The notes under the pieces: generated by a model
What the model was told of the DNA's origin: nothing
What the model saw: the letters and a program-made list of their open reading frames with translations, nothing else
The model's database searches: none
Translations under genes and position numbers: made by a program
Shown here: positions 11,118 to 19,958 of the stretch, in pieces
Numbering within the stretch: position 1 is the stretch's first letter
Layout: the number at the start of each line of letters is the position of its first letter
Assembly: GCF_000039765.1 (NCBI RefSeq)
Contig: NC_004459.3
Coordinates: forward strand, 3,076,104 to 3,108,103
Direction: 5' to 3'
Source of the DNA: Vibrio vulnificus CMCP6
GTDB taxonomy: Bacteria > Pseudomonadota > Gammaproteobacteria > Enterobacterales > Vibrionaceae
DNA: 32,000 bases

Positions 11118-13226
11118 CTAGTTAAACAAGCCTTTAAGTAAACCATCGACCGCCTCTTTGGTTTTCTCATCTTTGATCTTATCGGTCAACTTCTCGACTC
11201 CGCGGTCAATCTCTTTTTGGGCTTTTTGCTTTAACACATCATCAAACACCAACTTGAATTTTGGATCCGCCCAACTGCCTGAAATGTTGATAGGAATGGT
11301 CACGTCTCTCAGTTCATCGATGTCCTTACCGCCTTGGCCTTCTAGCGATCCCACAATCGAAGTACTGACCGTAAAATCAACCGTTTGATTGATGTAGTTT
11401 GCTTCTCCTTTCCCACGAATACGCAGTAGCGGAGATTGCATGTGCATGTTATTGGTTGTCACCTTGCCTTTGTTCAACGTCAACGTTGCCGTCATTGAAC
11501 TGAAGTCGGTTTTTTGCACCCCTTCGGTGGCGTCTAACTTTTCACCTTTAATCTTGGCGTAGTTTTCACGAATCATCTGCGCGACGTTAATGCCGTTGAC
11601 AGCACCATCAGCAAAATTGATTTCAACTGTACCGACAAGGTTTTTCTGAATACCGCTTGGCGTTAAGCTTGATCCCTTCACATCAACATCGATATTGCCA
11701 GTACCTTCCAACTTGTCGTTTTGTGCCACGTCCACCAACAGCGGTTGCACCTGAACACCTTTGATGCGCTTTTTCACACTATAGGTAGCGGGTGATCGAC
11801 GTGCATCCAGTTTCGCGCTGGCGTTGATAGAACCTTGATACAGATTGGCATCAAAACGATCTAAAGTCGCGATACCACGGTTCACCGTGAACTTGGTGAT
11901 GACATTTTGCAGCTTGGCATTATTGGCTTTGAACTTATCAATACTCACCTGGCCAATCACATCCAACGTTTTTAAAGCACTTAGGTCAGGCTCAACTTCG
12001 TTGTTTGCCTCTGGATGCGCGTCTTTGTCATTGCTGCTGTTTGTGCTTGCGGTTTCTTGCGATGGCTGCGTTAGGCCGAGAAATTCATCGAGATCAATCT
12101 CTGGGCTGTGCAGTGAAAAGCGTACTTTGGGAATCTCAGCTAACGTCACATCGGCTTTACCATCTAAAGCAATGGCGTTGGCGGTCAGTTTATTAAGCAC
12201 AAGCGATAGATGGCTGCGCGGCACATCAAAGGTCACCTCAGAGCTCATTGCCACCTTCATCGGCGATTGAGGCAGAGATTCCCCATTTAGTTGCGATTCC
12301 AACTGGAATGCCTTCACCATCACGGTGCTGATGGCTGCATCCACATGCAACTGCGCCGAGCCATTGGCCGAAAGATCCATACCGGATGCTTGGCCTTTGA
12401 TTTCAAATGTCAGTGCGTTGTCTTTATCAAACTCGAAGGTGTCCAGCACCAACTTGATGTTATCCATCTTCGTGGCTGGATCGCTAAACTGGCTGTTTAG
12501 CTCAATATTGCGCAGAGCATAAGAAGAGAAATCTTGCGCCAGCTGAAATTCAAGCTTGCCGTTTGCACTGAACTGTTGCTGGTTGTTTTTTCCTTTGGCT
12601 GAAAATTCCGCTTTGGTCCATTGCTTAAAGGCGAACTCTGAAAGTGAGAAATTCACATCATAGAGTTCAAGTGAAGTCCCCGCTTGTCGATCTTGGTTAA
12701 CAAGTTTGGCATTGCTCACCGTGATCCCGGCCAGCTCCATACGCCAGTCTGCCGCTGCGCCAGCTTGCTGTGGAGCATCCGTAGTGGGCTCCGAGCTCAC
12801 CTCTTGCTGAGCCGTTTCTTGTTGCACTTTCTGCTGCTGAGTTAGCGCATCAATATTCTTTTGCCCATCTTTACGCGTCTCTAGATGGAATTCCGCACCA
12901 TCAAGGCGAACATCACCAATTTGCAAGACTTTATCAAGTAGAGGCATCACCGAGATATCGATCCCAACGCTCTCAACTTTAAACAAGTTTTCTTGAGAAA
13001 AGCCCTGAGGATTCTTTAATTCCGTTTTGCCTAGAGAAAAACCAATCGAAGGAAAAAATTGCCATTCAATGTCGCCTTCAATCACCAACTCTAAACCCGT
13101 TTGCTTGGCCACTTGTTCGGTGATCAGCGGTTTAAATTGATTGGGGTTTACTAAGGTCACTAGCGCTATCGCAGCCATCACGACAACCGCGATAGGCGCA
13201 GCCAAAATAAGGAACAGTTTTTTCAT
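11118..13226 (-). CDS. AsmA family protein
   Basis: MKKLFLILAAPIAVVVMAAIALVTLVNPNQFKPLITEQVAKQTGLELVIEGDIEWQFFPSIGFSLGKTEL typical AsmA N-terminus; C-terminal GTVEINFADGAVNGINVAQMIR. ATG at 13226 preferred over the track start. Confidence 0.88.
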   Translation of the reverse strand: MKKLFLILAAPIAVVVMAAIALVTLVNPNQFKPLITEQVAKQTGLELVIEGDIEWQFFPSIGFSLGKTELKNPQGFSQENLFKVESVGIDISVMPLLDKVLQIGDVRLDGAEFHLETRKDGQKNIDALTQQQKVQQETAQQEVSSEPTTDAPQQAGAAADWRMELAGITVSNAKLVNQDRQAGTSLELYDVNFSLSEFAFKQWTKAEFSAKGKNNQQQFSANGKLEFQLAQDFSSYALRNIELNSQFSDPATKMDNIKLVLDTFEFDKDNALTFEIKGQASGMDLSANGSAQLHVDAAISTVMVKAFQLESQLNGESLPQSPMKVAMSSEVTFDVPRSHLSLVLNKLTANAIALDGKADVTLAEIPKVRFSLHSPEIDLDEFLGLTQPSQETASTNSSNDKDAHPEANNEVEPDLSALKTLDVIGQVSIDKFKANNAKLQNVITKFTVNRGIATLDRFDANLYQGSINASAKLDARRSPATYSVKKRIKGVQVQPLLVDVAQNDKLEGTGNIDVDVKGSSLTPSGIQKNLVGTVEINFADGAVNGINVAQMIRENYAKIKGEKLDATEGVQKTDFSSMTATLTLNKGKVTTNNMHMQSPLLRIRGKGEANYINQTVDFTVSTSIVGSLEGQGGKDIDELRDVTIPINISGSWADPKFKLVFDDVLKQKAQKEIDRGVEKLTDKIKDEKTKEAVDGLLKGLFN

Positions 13227-13300
13227 ATGCGTATTCCTTTGCATCAAGAGTTGAGACAAGAACAGAGAAAACACGTATTTTACGCGGTTCTTGCTGCAAA

Positions 13301-13334
13301 AAAAGAAAGTGGCACCTAAAGTGCCACTTTCTTA
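13301..13334 (-). terminator. Rho-independent terminator of udk
   Basis: AAGAAAGTGGCAC-CTAAA-GTGCCACTTTCTT inverted repeat; minus strand continues into a T8 run. Confidence 0.85.
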
Positions 13335-13367
13335 ATTAAAAATAAAGCTCGCTGACAAGACAATGAC

Positions 13368-14009
13368 TTAAGCTTTCAATAGTTTTGCAATGTGCGCTTT
13401 CAGTACGTCAATCGCGATGCGGTTTTTACCACCACGAGGAACGATGATATCTGCGTACTGTTTAGACGGTTCAATAAACTGCATAAACATTGGGCGAACT
13501 GTTTTTTGATACTGTTTGAGTACCGATTCCATCGTACGACCACGCTCTTCCACATCGCGTTTCACACGGCGAAGTAGACAAATATCCAGTGGCGTGTCCA
13601 TAAACACTGTCGCATGCATCAAATCACGCAGACGAGGATCCGTCAGAAGCAGGATGCCTTCAAGAATGATCACCTTCTTTGGTGTCATAGTGGTGGTGTT
13701 TTCAGTACGAGTGTGCTCCGTGTAGCTGTATTCAGGTACTTCAACCGACTCGCCTTTCATTAACTTTTCTAAGTGTTCACAAAGAAGATCGTGATCAAGT
13801 GCATTCGGGTGGTCATAGTTCGTTTTAACGCGCTCTTCCATACTCAGATGGCTTTGGTCGTTATAGTAGCAATCTTCCGTAATCACACCGATTTGATGGT
13901 CTCCCACCTTTGCACGTAGTTCGTTATAAATCGTACTGGCGATGAGGCTTTTACCAGAAGCAGAAGCGCCAGCAATACCGACGATGACGCATTGACTTTT
14001 TTCAGACAT
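13368..14009 (-). CDS. udk: Uridine kinase
   Basis: [25 protein letters not shown]-loop, [44 protein letters not shown]. Confidence 0.94.
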   Translation of the reverse strand: MSEKSQCVIVGIAGASASGKSLIASTIYNELRAKVGDHQIGVITEDCYYNDQSHLSMEERVKTNYDHPNALDHDLLCEHLEKLMKGESVEVPEYSYTEHTRTENTTTMTPKKVIILEGILLLTDPRLRDLMHATVFMDTPLDICLLRRVKRDVEERGRTMESVLKQYQKTVRPMFMQFIEPSKQYADIIVPRGGKNRIAIDVLKAHIAKLLKA

Positions 14010-14191
14010 TAGTTGCACCCGATGATGATTTTTTGCAGTGGGAATAAGATAAACCGCCTGATTATAAGGAGTTCACTCATTAGATACTAGTCGCTTTTCC
14101 CAGTTTCGTGGTGCATTGTGTGTACTACGAAGAATAATAAACCAGGCAAACGTTTACCTGGTCATTATTTATTCTTTAACTCGTAATAAAA

Positions 14192-15271
14192 TCATCCGTC
14201 TATACGGGTAAACAGGATCGTTTCAGGCTTTGCCTTACCATTCCAATACATCGAACTGCATATCTGCAAAGCAAGCTGACGGTATATTCTGCCGTGCTCG
14301 CTGTCTGGCCTTGCGACCACCGTTGGCACACCCGAGTCGAGATCTTCACGAACGCTGATATGCAACGGCACTTGCGCCAACAAAGATAAGCCAAACTGTT
14401 GCGCCATCTGTACCGCGCCGCCTTGACCAAAAATGTGCTCTTTGGCACCGCATTGACTGCAAATATGGTAACTCATGTTTTCTACAATCCCTGCCACGGG
14501 AACACCGATCTTTTCAAACATCGCGGCGCCCTTCTTCGCATCGGCTAACGCCAGATCCTGCGGAGTGGTAACGATAACACTGGTAGTAACGGGAATTTGC
14601 TGTGAAAGAGTTAACTGAATATCCCCAGTGCCGGGAGGCATATCGATCACTAAATAATCCAAATCTGGCCACTCAGTTTCATTCAGTAATTGAGAGAGCG
14701 CTTTTGATGCCATAGGTCCACGCCAAATGGCGGCTTCATTCTTATCCACCAAGTAACCAATAGAGTTGGTGTAGATGCCGTGCGCGAGGATCGGCTGCAT
14801 CCATTTGCCGTCACGAACATCCGGTCTTTGATCGACACTCCCCAGCATGATAGGCAAAGAAGGTCCGTAGATATCCGCGTCTAGCAATCCCACCTTTGCG
14901 CCTTGAGAAGCGATCGCTAGTGCCAAATTCACCGCTGTGGTTGATTTACCCACACCGCCTTTAGCGGACGTGACGGCAATAATATTCTTAACCCCACGAA
15001 CAGACTGAGAAACTTGAGTTTCTAACGCCTTAACTTGCTGACCTACCGTGAAAGCAAACGGTGGAACCGCACCACGCTGCTGTTGCTGAACAATCCACTC
15101 GCTGAGCGCGTCTTGAAGTTGCTGGGCAGCAAATGGGAGCTGAATGGCGAAAGTGCCATCGGCTTGAACCATCACAACACCATGCACTTCGCTCCATCGT
15201 GGAGCTAACGTTTCGTGCTCAAACTGATTCAACCAATGACAAAAATCTTGTTTAGAAGTGAACTGATGCAT
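14192..15271 (-). CDS. apbC: Mrp/ApbC iron-sulfur cluster carrier ATPase
   Basis: IIAVTSAKGGVGKSTTAVNLALAIASQGAKVGLLDADIYGPS deviant Walker A; CSQCG CxxC motif. Confidence 0.94.
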   Translation of the reverse strand: MHQFTSKQDFCHWLNQFEHETLAPRWSEVHGVVMVQADGTFAIQLPFAAQQLQDALSEWIVQQQQRGAVPPFAFTVGQQVKALETQVSQSVRGVKNIIAVTSAKGGVGKSTTAVNLALAIASQGAKVGLLDADIYGPSLPIMLGSVDQRPDVRDGKWMQPILAHGIYTNSIGYLVDKNEAAIWRGPMASKALSQLLNETEWPDLDYLVIDMPPGTGDIQLTLSQQIPVTTSVIVTTPQDLALADAKKGAAMFEKIGVPVAGIVENMSYHICSQCGAKEHIFGQGGAVQMAQQFGLSLLAQVPLHISVREDLDSGVPTVVARPDSEHGRIYRQLALQICSSMYWNGKAKPETILFTRIDG

Positions 15272-15427
15272 AACTCCTCCTTTTTCGACATCCTATCACC
15301 GAGTCTTGTCTGACTGAACCCCAAAAAAACCAGGTGATTATCCTTGTCAGCACCTTGGACTTAAAGGTTTCCTGAGTTAGTATTACCAATCAATTTTTAT
15401 ACCTATCGAGATAAGCGAATATTAAGT

Positions 15428-17500
15428 ATGGCAAACGATCCAAGAAACTTTCCCCAAAGGAAATTGCTGGTAACTTGTGCCCTTCCGTACGCTAACGGTT
15501 CGATCCACCTTGGCCATATGCTTGAGCATATCCAAGCGGACATTTGGGTTCGTTACCAACGCCTACGCGGCAACATTGTAAACTTCATCTGTGCTGACGA
15601 CGCTCACGGCACGCCAATTATGCTTAAAGCGCAACAGATGGGTATGTCTCCAGAAGAGATGATTGCTGCGGTGAGCATCGAGCACCAAAAAGATTTCGCT
15701 GGCTTTGATATTAGTTTCGATAACTATCACAGCACGCATTCCGATGAGAACCGTGAGCTGGCGTCTCACATTTATCTGCAACTGAAAAAAAATGGCTTTA
15801 TTTCAAGCCGTACTATTTCTCAGTTGTTCGACCCTGAAAAAGAGATGTTCCTACCCGATCGTTTCGTGAAGGGAACGTGTCCGAAGTGTAAGTCTGAAGA
15901 TCAATACGGCGACAACTGCGATGCTTGTGGCGAAACCTACAGCCCAACAGAATTGATCAATCCAAAATCTGCCGTCTCAGGCGCAACGCCAGTGATGAAA
16001 GATTCAGAGCACTTCTTCTTCGACCTGCCTCAGTTTGAAAGCATGCTAAAAGAGTGGACTCGCTCTGGCTCTCTGCAAACTGAAACCGCAAATAAAATGC
16101 AAGAATGGTTTGAGTCTGGTCTGCAGCAGTGGGATATCTCACGTGATGCACCTTACTTCGGTTTTGAAATTCCAGGCGAAAAAGACAAGTTTTTCTACGT
16201 TTGGCTAGATGCGCCAATCGGCTACATGGGTTCATTCAAAAACCTATGTGATAAGCGTGATGATCTTGATTTTGATGAATACTGGAATAAAGACAGTAAA
16301 ACAGAACTTTACCACTTCATCGGTAAAGACATCGTTTACTTCCACAGCCTGTTCTGGCCAGCAATGCTAGACGGCTCTGGCTTCCGTAAGCCAAACAACG
16401 TTTTTGTTCACGGCTACGTAACCGTAAATGGTGCGAAGATGTCGAAGTCTAAAGGTACATTCGTGAAAGCGAGCACTTACCTTGAGCACCTTGATCCAGA
16501 GTGTCTGCGTTACTACTACGCAGCGAAGCTAAACAGCCGCATTGATGACCTAGACCTTAACCTTGAAGACTTTACTCAGCGCGTAAACGCTGACGTCGTA
16601 AACAAGATTGTTAACCTAGCATCGCGTAATGCGGGCTTCATTGCGAAACGCTTTGAAGGCAAGCTCGCTGAAAACTTCGTCGAGCCAGAGCTTTACAACG
16701 AATTTGTTGCCGCAGCAGACCGTATTGCTGAACTTTACGAAGCGCGTGAGTTCGGTCGTGCGATCCGTGAACTCACCGCGTTGGCGGACAAAGCTAACCA
16801 ATACGTTGATGAAAAAGCGCCTTGGGTTGTGGCAAAACAAGAAGGCAAAGATCAGGAACTTCAGGAAATCTGTTCTGTTGGTATTAACCTGTTCCGCGTT
16901 CTAATGACTTACTTGAAGCCAGTTATGCCTGCTCTTGCAGCTCGCACTGAAGCCTTCTTGAATGAAGAGCTAACCTGGGAAGGTGTTGCTCAGCCATTAA
17001 CAGCACACGAAATTACTGCGTTTAAAGCGCTATTCAATCGTATCGATCCGAAAAACATCGAAGCCATGATTGAAGCATCAAAAGAAGATGCGGCGGCTGA
17101 AATGGCGGCAAAAGAGAAAGCAGAAGCCTCTAATGCAGCTCAAGAGACCGAGCTAAGCAAAGATCCCATTGCCGAAGAAATTGAGTTTGATGACTTCGCG
17201 AAAGTGGACCTTCGTATTGCCAAAATCGTTTCTTGTGAATCGGTGCCAAAAGCTGACAAACTGTTGAAATTCCAATTGGATATCGGCGGTGAAATGCGTC
17301 AAGTCTTCTCTGGTATCAAAGCGGCGTACAATCCTGAAGATCTTGTCGGCAAGTACACAGTGGTTGTGGCAAACTTGAAACCACGTAAGATGAAGTTTGG
17401 TATGTCTGAGGGCATGATCCTAGCGGCAGGCCCTGGTGGCAAAGATCTTTGGATCCTTGAACCACATGAAGGCGCGCAGCCAGGCATGCGCGTGATGTAA
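15428..17500 (+). CDS. metG: Methionyl-tRNA synthetase
   Basis: [33 protein letters not shown] region, CPKC...CDAC zinc binding, [10 protein letters not shown]-terminal tRNA-binding domain. Confidence 0.97.
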   Translation: MANDPRNFPQRKLLVTCALPYANGSIHLGHMLEHIQADIWVRYQRLRGNIVNFICADDAHGTPIMLKAQQMGMSPEEMIAAVSIEHQKDFAGFDISFDNYHSTHSDENRELASHIYLQLKKNGFISSRTISQLFDPEKEMFLPDRFVKGTCPKCKSEDQYGDNCDACGETYSPTELINPKSAVSGATPVMKDSEHFFFDLPQFESMLKEWTRSGSLQTETANKMQEWFESGLQQWDISRDAPYFGFEIPGEKDKFFYVWLDAPIGYMGSFKNLCDKRDDLDFDEYWNKDSKTELYHFIGKDIVYFHSLFWPAMLDGSGFRKPNNVFVHGYVTVNGAKMSKSKGTFVKASTYLEHLDPECLRYYYAAKLNSRIDDLDLNLEDFTQRVNADVVNKIVNLASRNAGFIAKRFEGKLAENFVEPELYNEFVAAADRIAELYEAREFGRAIRELTALADKANQYVDEKAPWVVAKQEGKDQELQEICSVGINLFRVLMTYLKPVMPALAARTEAFLNEELTWEGVAQPLTAHEITAFKALFNRIDPKNIEAMIEASKEDAAAEMAAKEKAEASNAAQETELSKDPIAEEIEFDDFAKVDLRIAKIVSCESVPKADKLLKFQLDIGGEMRQVFSGIKAAYNPEDLVGKYTVVVANLKPRKMKFGMSEGMILAAGPGGKDLWILEPHEGAQPGMRVM

Positions 17501-17517
17501 TTCAACGCTTCAATCTT

Positions 17518-17548
17518 TCAAAGCCCTGCACCCGCAGGGCTTTTTTGT
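17518..17548 (+). terminator. Rho-independent terminator of metG
   Basis: AAGCCCTGC-ACCC-GCAGGGCTTTTTT. Confidence 0.9.
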
Positions 17549-17567
17549 GCCCAAAATCACACTATTA

Positions 17568-17582
17568 GTGCATTTGATGCAC
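17568..17582. promoter_or_regulatory. Palindrome GTGCATTTGATGCAC, possible upstream activator site
   Basis: 15-nt inverted repeat GTGCAT-TTG-ATGCAC, about 63 nt upstream of a sigma54-like element. Confidence 0.4.
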
Positions 17583-17644
17583 CAAATTAACCATAGACTC
17601 AAATCAGAATATTTCATCTCATTGTTTTGTAAAGAGATTTAATA

Positions 17645-17660
17645 TGGCATTAAAACTGCT
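17645..17660 (+). promoter_or_regulatory. Candidate sigma54 (-24/-12) promoter
   Basis: TGGCATTAAAACTGCT compared with TGGCAC-N5-TTGCW: GG and GC dinucleotides at correct spacing. Confidence 0.45.
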
Positions 17661-17815
17661 CCTACTATGCCATGCCCAAGCCAGTTGCTACTGCTGGTCG
17701 ATAGAGTATGAGTGATTCTCCTTACGCATAGTGAGCTTTTGTCGTAGAGAAACACAACGCACCGCAGTAGATCCAACACGGAAGGGCTGAGTATCATGCA
17801 TACAAGGAGTCTGCT

Positions 17816-18628
17816 ATGTTCGTTCTACTCTCATCTCTCATTTCAATAGCAATCTTGCTCGTACTGTTTTATCTCTCCCACAAACGAGAGCGTCAACAAG
17901 AGCAAAAATATCAAGTGATCAGCACACTACGCGAGATTGTGCAGCTTTTGAGACAGCATCGTAGCGCAACCCACTTGAGCCTTTTGTATAAACAAGTGCA
18001 CTCTAGCGAAATCCATCATACCCAAACGGAAGTACTGGCCAAATGCCAAGCACTGATCGAGCTTGCTTCAGGAGAAAGCAAGCCGTTGTATCGGATTTTA
18101 CTCAGTCAATATCAAACTCTGTTCTCACAGTGGCAGGAACAGAGCATTGCCAAGAATCAGTTTTTGCACGGCAAAATGCTGCGCCACACATTGTTTCTTG
18201 TCGATGAAACGACCGTGGCTTGGCTAGCGGAATCTGAGCGCGACGAATTAATTGATGAGTATCATTGTCATTGGCAGGTGATCATTGAAAATCTCGATGC
18301 ATTGACGCAATTGCGTATTGCTATTCAAGACTTACATCAACCACAAGGAAGGGAACGCTTTGCCCATTGTGCTCAGCGCATGGTTAGGCGCTTAAATCAG
18401 CTCACTTTGCTTAGCCCTTATCACATTGCAGCCCCTGCGAGCGTCGAAGTCATACGCGAGCTAGAGATGTACGCTAGCTTGCAGCAGGAAAAATTGAATA
18501 AGGCTAATGCCTATGAACTAACCTCGCTCATCTCAGCCACTATTTTCCGTTGCTACGATGAGATGCTGGATGAAATGATTGAAAGCCTCTACTTGCCGTT
18601 ACCCAAATTAGCACTACGTTTTACCTAG
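17816..18628 (+). CDS. Uncharacterised membrane-anchored all-helical protein
   Basis: Complete 270-aa ORF, AAGGAG Shine-Dalgarno upstream, N-terminal TM helix (MFVLLSSLISIAILLVLFYLSH) then a predicted helical, His/Gln-rich region; followed by a terminator. Confidence 0.85.
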   Translation: MFVLLSSLISIAILLVLFYLSHKRERQQEQKYQVISTLREIVQLLRQHRSATHLSLLYKQVHSSEIHHTQTEVLAKCQALIELASGESKPLYRILLSQYQTLFSQWQEQSIAKNQFLHGKMLRHTLFLVDETTVAWLAESERDELIDEYHCHWQVIIENLDALTQLRIAIQDLHQPQGRERFAHCAQRMVRRLNQLTLLSPYHIAAPASVEVIRELEMYASLQQEKLNKANAYELTSLISATIFRCYDEMLDEMIESLYLPLPKLALRFT

Positions 18629-18676
18629 CGTGCACTTGCTGCGAAGGACAAATGCACCTACGGGATGCTGAGAAAC

Positions 18677-18709
18677 AAAAAACCTCAAACATGGTTTGAG
18701 GTTTTTTGT
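18677..18709. terminator. Bidirectional Rho-independent terminator
   Basis: AAAAAACCTCAAAC-ATG-GTTTGAGGTTTTTT. Confidence 0.88.
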
Positions 18710-18725
18710 TTAAATTCGTTTGCTT

Positions 18726-18902
18726 TTAATGTGTTTGGCTTTTCTTCCAAACCACCAATTCAATCCATAGCGCTTCAAGTTCACTGATTTCTTCTTCTGT
18801 GAGTAAAGCAAGTGTTGAAGTCGTATGCGACGATGCACTTGATTGCAGTGAATAAATTTGCGAATAAAAATCCTTTTTTAATTGCGTCTTAATTGTATCC
18901 AC
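18726..18902 (-). CDS. Candidate 58-aa small protein (GTG start), downstream of the nrfF/ccmH-like gene
   Basis: Reverse complement reads (V/M)DTIKTQLKKDFYSQIYSLQSSASSHTTSTLALLTEEEISELEALWIELVVWKKSQTH*. Same strand as nrf genes, ends just before the shared terminator; no clear Shine-Dalgarno. Confidence 0.4.
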   Translation of the reverse strand: MDTIKTQLKKDFYSQIYSLQSSASSHTTSTLALLTEEEISELEALWIELVVWKKSQTH

Positions 18903-19018
18903 TCTGATTACCCGTCAGTAAACCTACAATAACTGAATTAACTATTTCATATAATTTTCAAAAATGATAACAGCTTGCATGATAATTGCACAATTAATTG
19001 CTTATTATGGAATAATTG

Positions 19019-19456
19019 TCACATTCTTTTTGTGTGAATATTTCGGATCGAAATAACAAAGAAAATGATCAAAATAACGACAGGAAAGATCCAAAGTAAT
19101 AATGTACTGCTATTTATTGGCGGATTATATAACACCATATTGCCATATCGGCTGGTCATAAAGTCCACCACTTCTTGATCGCTTTTCCCATCATTTATTT
19201 GGCTATACACAATAAAACGCAGATCTCGAGCCACTTGCGCATTCGACTCGAGGAGATTCTGATTCTGGCATTGGGGGCAGCGCAATTCCTTGGATAAACG
19301 TATTGCTCTCTCTTGCAGATCGACACTATGAAACTGAAACAAATCAACGTGATTAGAGCTTGTATTCTCGTTCTGTGCCTGACTAGAGAAAGAGACAAAA
19401 GCGACGAATAAGACGAGCCATGTCGATAATAATGTTCTATTTAAAATACGTAGCAA
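19019..19456 (-). CDS. nrfF: NrfF/CcmH-type cytochrome c maturation protein
   Basis: Signal peptide, RLSKELRCPQCQNQNLLESNAQVARDLR, C-terminal TM helix. Confidence 0.9.
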   Translation of the reverse strand: MLRILNRTLLSTWLVLFVAFVSFSSQAQNENTSSNHVDLFQFHSVDLQERAIRLSKELRCPQCQNQNLLESNAQVARDLRFIVYSQINDGKSDQEVVDFMTSRYGNMVLYNPPINSSTLLLWIFPVVILIIFFVISIRNIHTKRM

Positions 19457-19958
19457 AATGTTTATTCCACTGTTTTTGATCTAATTTACCTCGAAATTTG
19501 ATCATTATTTCCCCATTAGGGTTTATTAAGTAGGTTTCTGGTGTGCCAATCACGCCAAAATCGATTGAGACGATCCCGTCTGGATCATAAATCACCTTGG
19601 AATAAGGGTTACCTTCACTCTCCAAATAGCCCAACGCTTCTTGCTTATTATCACGATAATTTAAGCCAATCACGTCAATACCCTGCTGTTTAAGCGACAT
19701 AATAAACGTATGTTCATCCCGACAAATCCCACACCAAGATGCCCAAACGTTCATCACACGGTATTGATCGGAAATAAGATCTTGCGTTGTGATCGTATTC
19801 GCCGAAAAAAGATCTTTTGCTTCAAGATTGGGCAAGGGAATCAGAGTGTCAGGCGTTGTGTGACCAGCATTTTGTCGTTCAATGCCCAAGACTGCGGTAA
19901 ACGTAACGATGCCGACGATGCTCACCAACACAAGCAACTTAGTAACTTTGTTGTTCAC
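19437..19958 (-). CDS. DsbE/CcmG-type thiol:disulfide interchange protein
   Basis: N-terminal anchor KLLVLVSIVGIVTFTAVLG, thioredoxin-like VMNVWASWCGICRDEH, FGVIGTPETYLINPNGEI. GTG start at 19958 proposed; the track start at 20021 overlaps nrfE more deeply. Confidence 0.88.
   Translation of the reverse strand: MNNKVTKLLVLVSIVGIVTFTAVLGIERQNAGHTTPDTLIPLPNLEAKDLFSANTITTQDLISDQYRVMNVWASWCGICRDEHTFIMSLKQQGIDVIGLNYRDNKQEALGYLESEGNPYSKVIYDPDGIVSIDFGVIGTPETYLINPNGEIMIKFRGKLDQKQWNKHFATYFK

Noticed and set aside
17671-17815. Possible Qrr-type small RNA downstream of the sigma54-like promoter
   Set aside because: No Qrr core sequence recognised, no Rho-independent terminator in the interval and no exact LuxO-type TTGCA-N3-TGCAA site; kept only as a generic leader.
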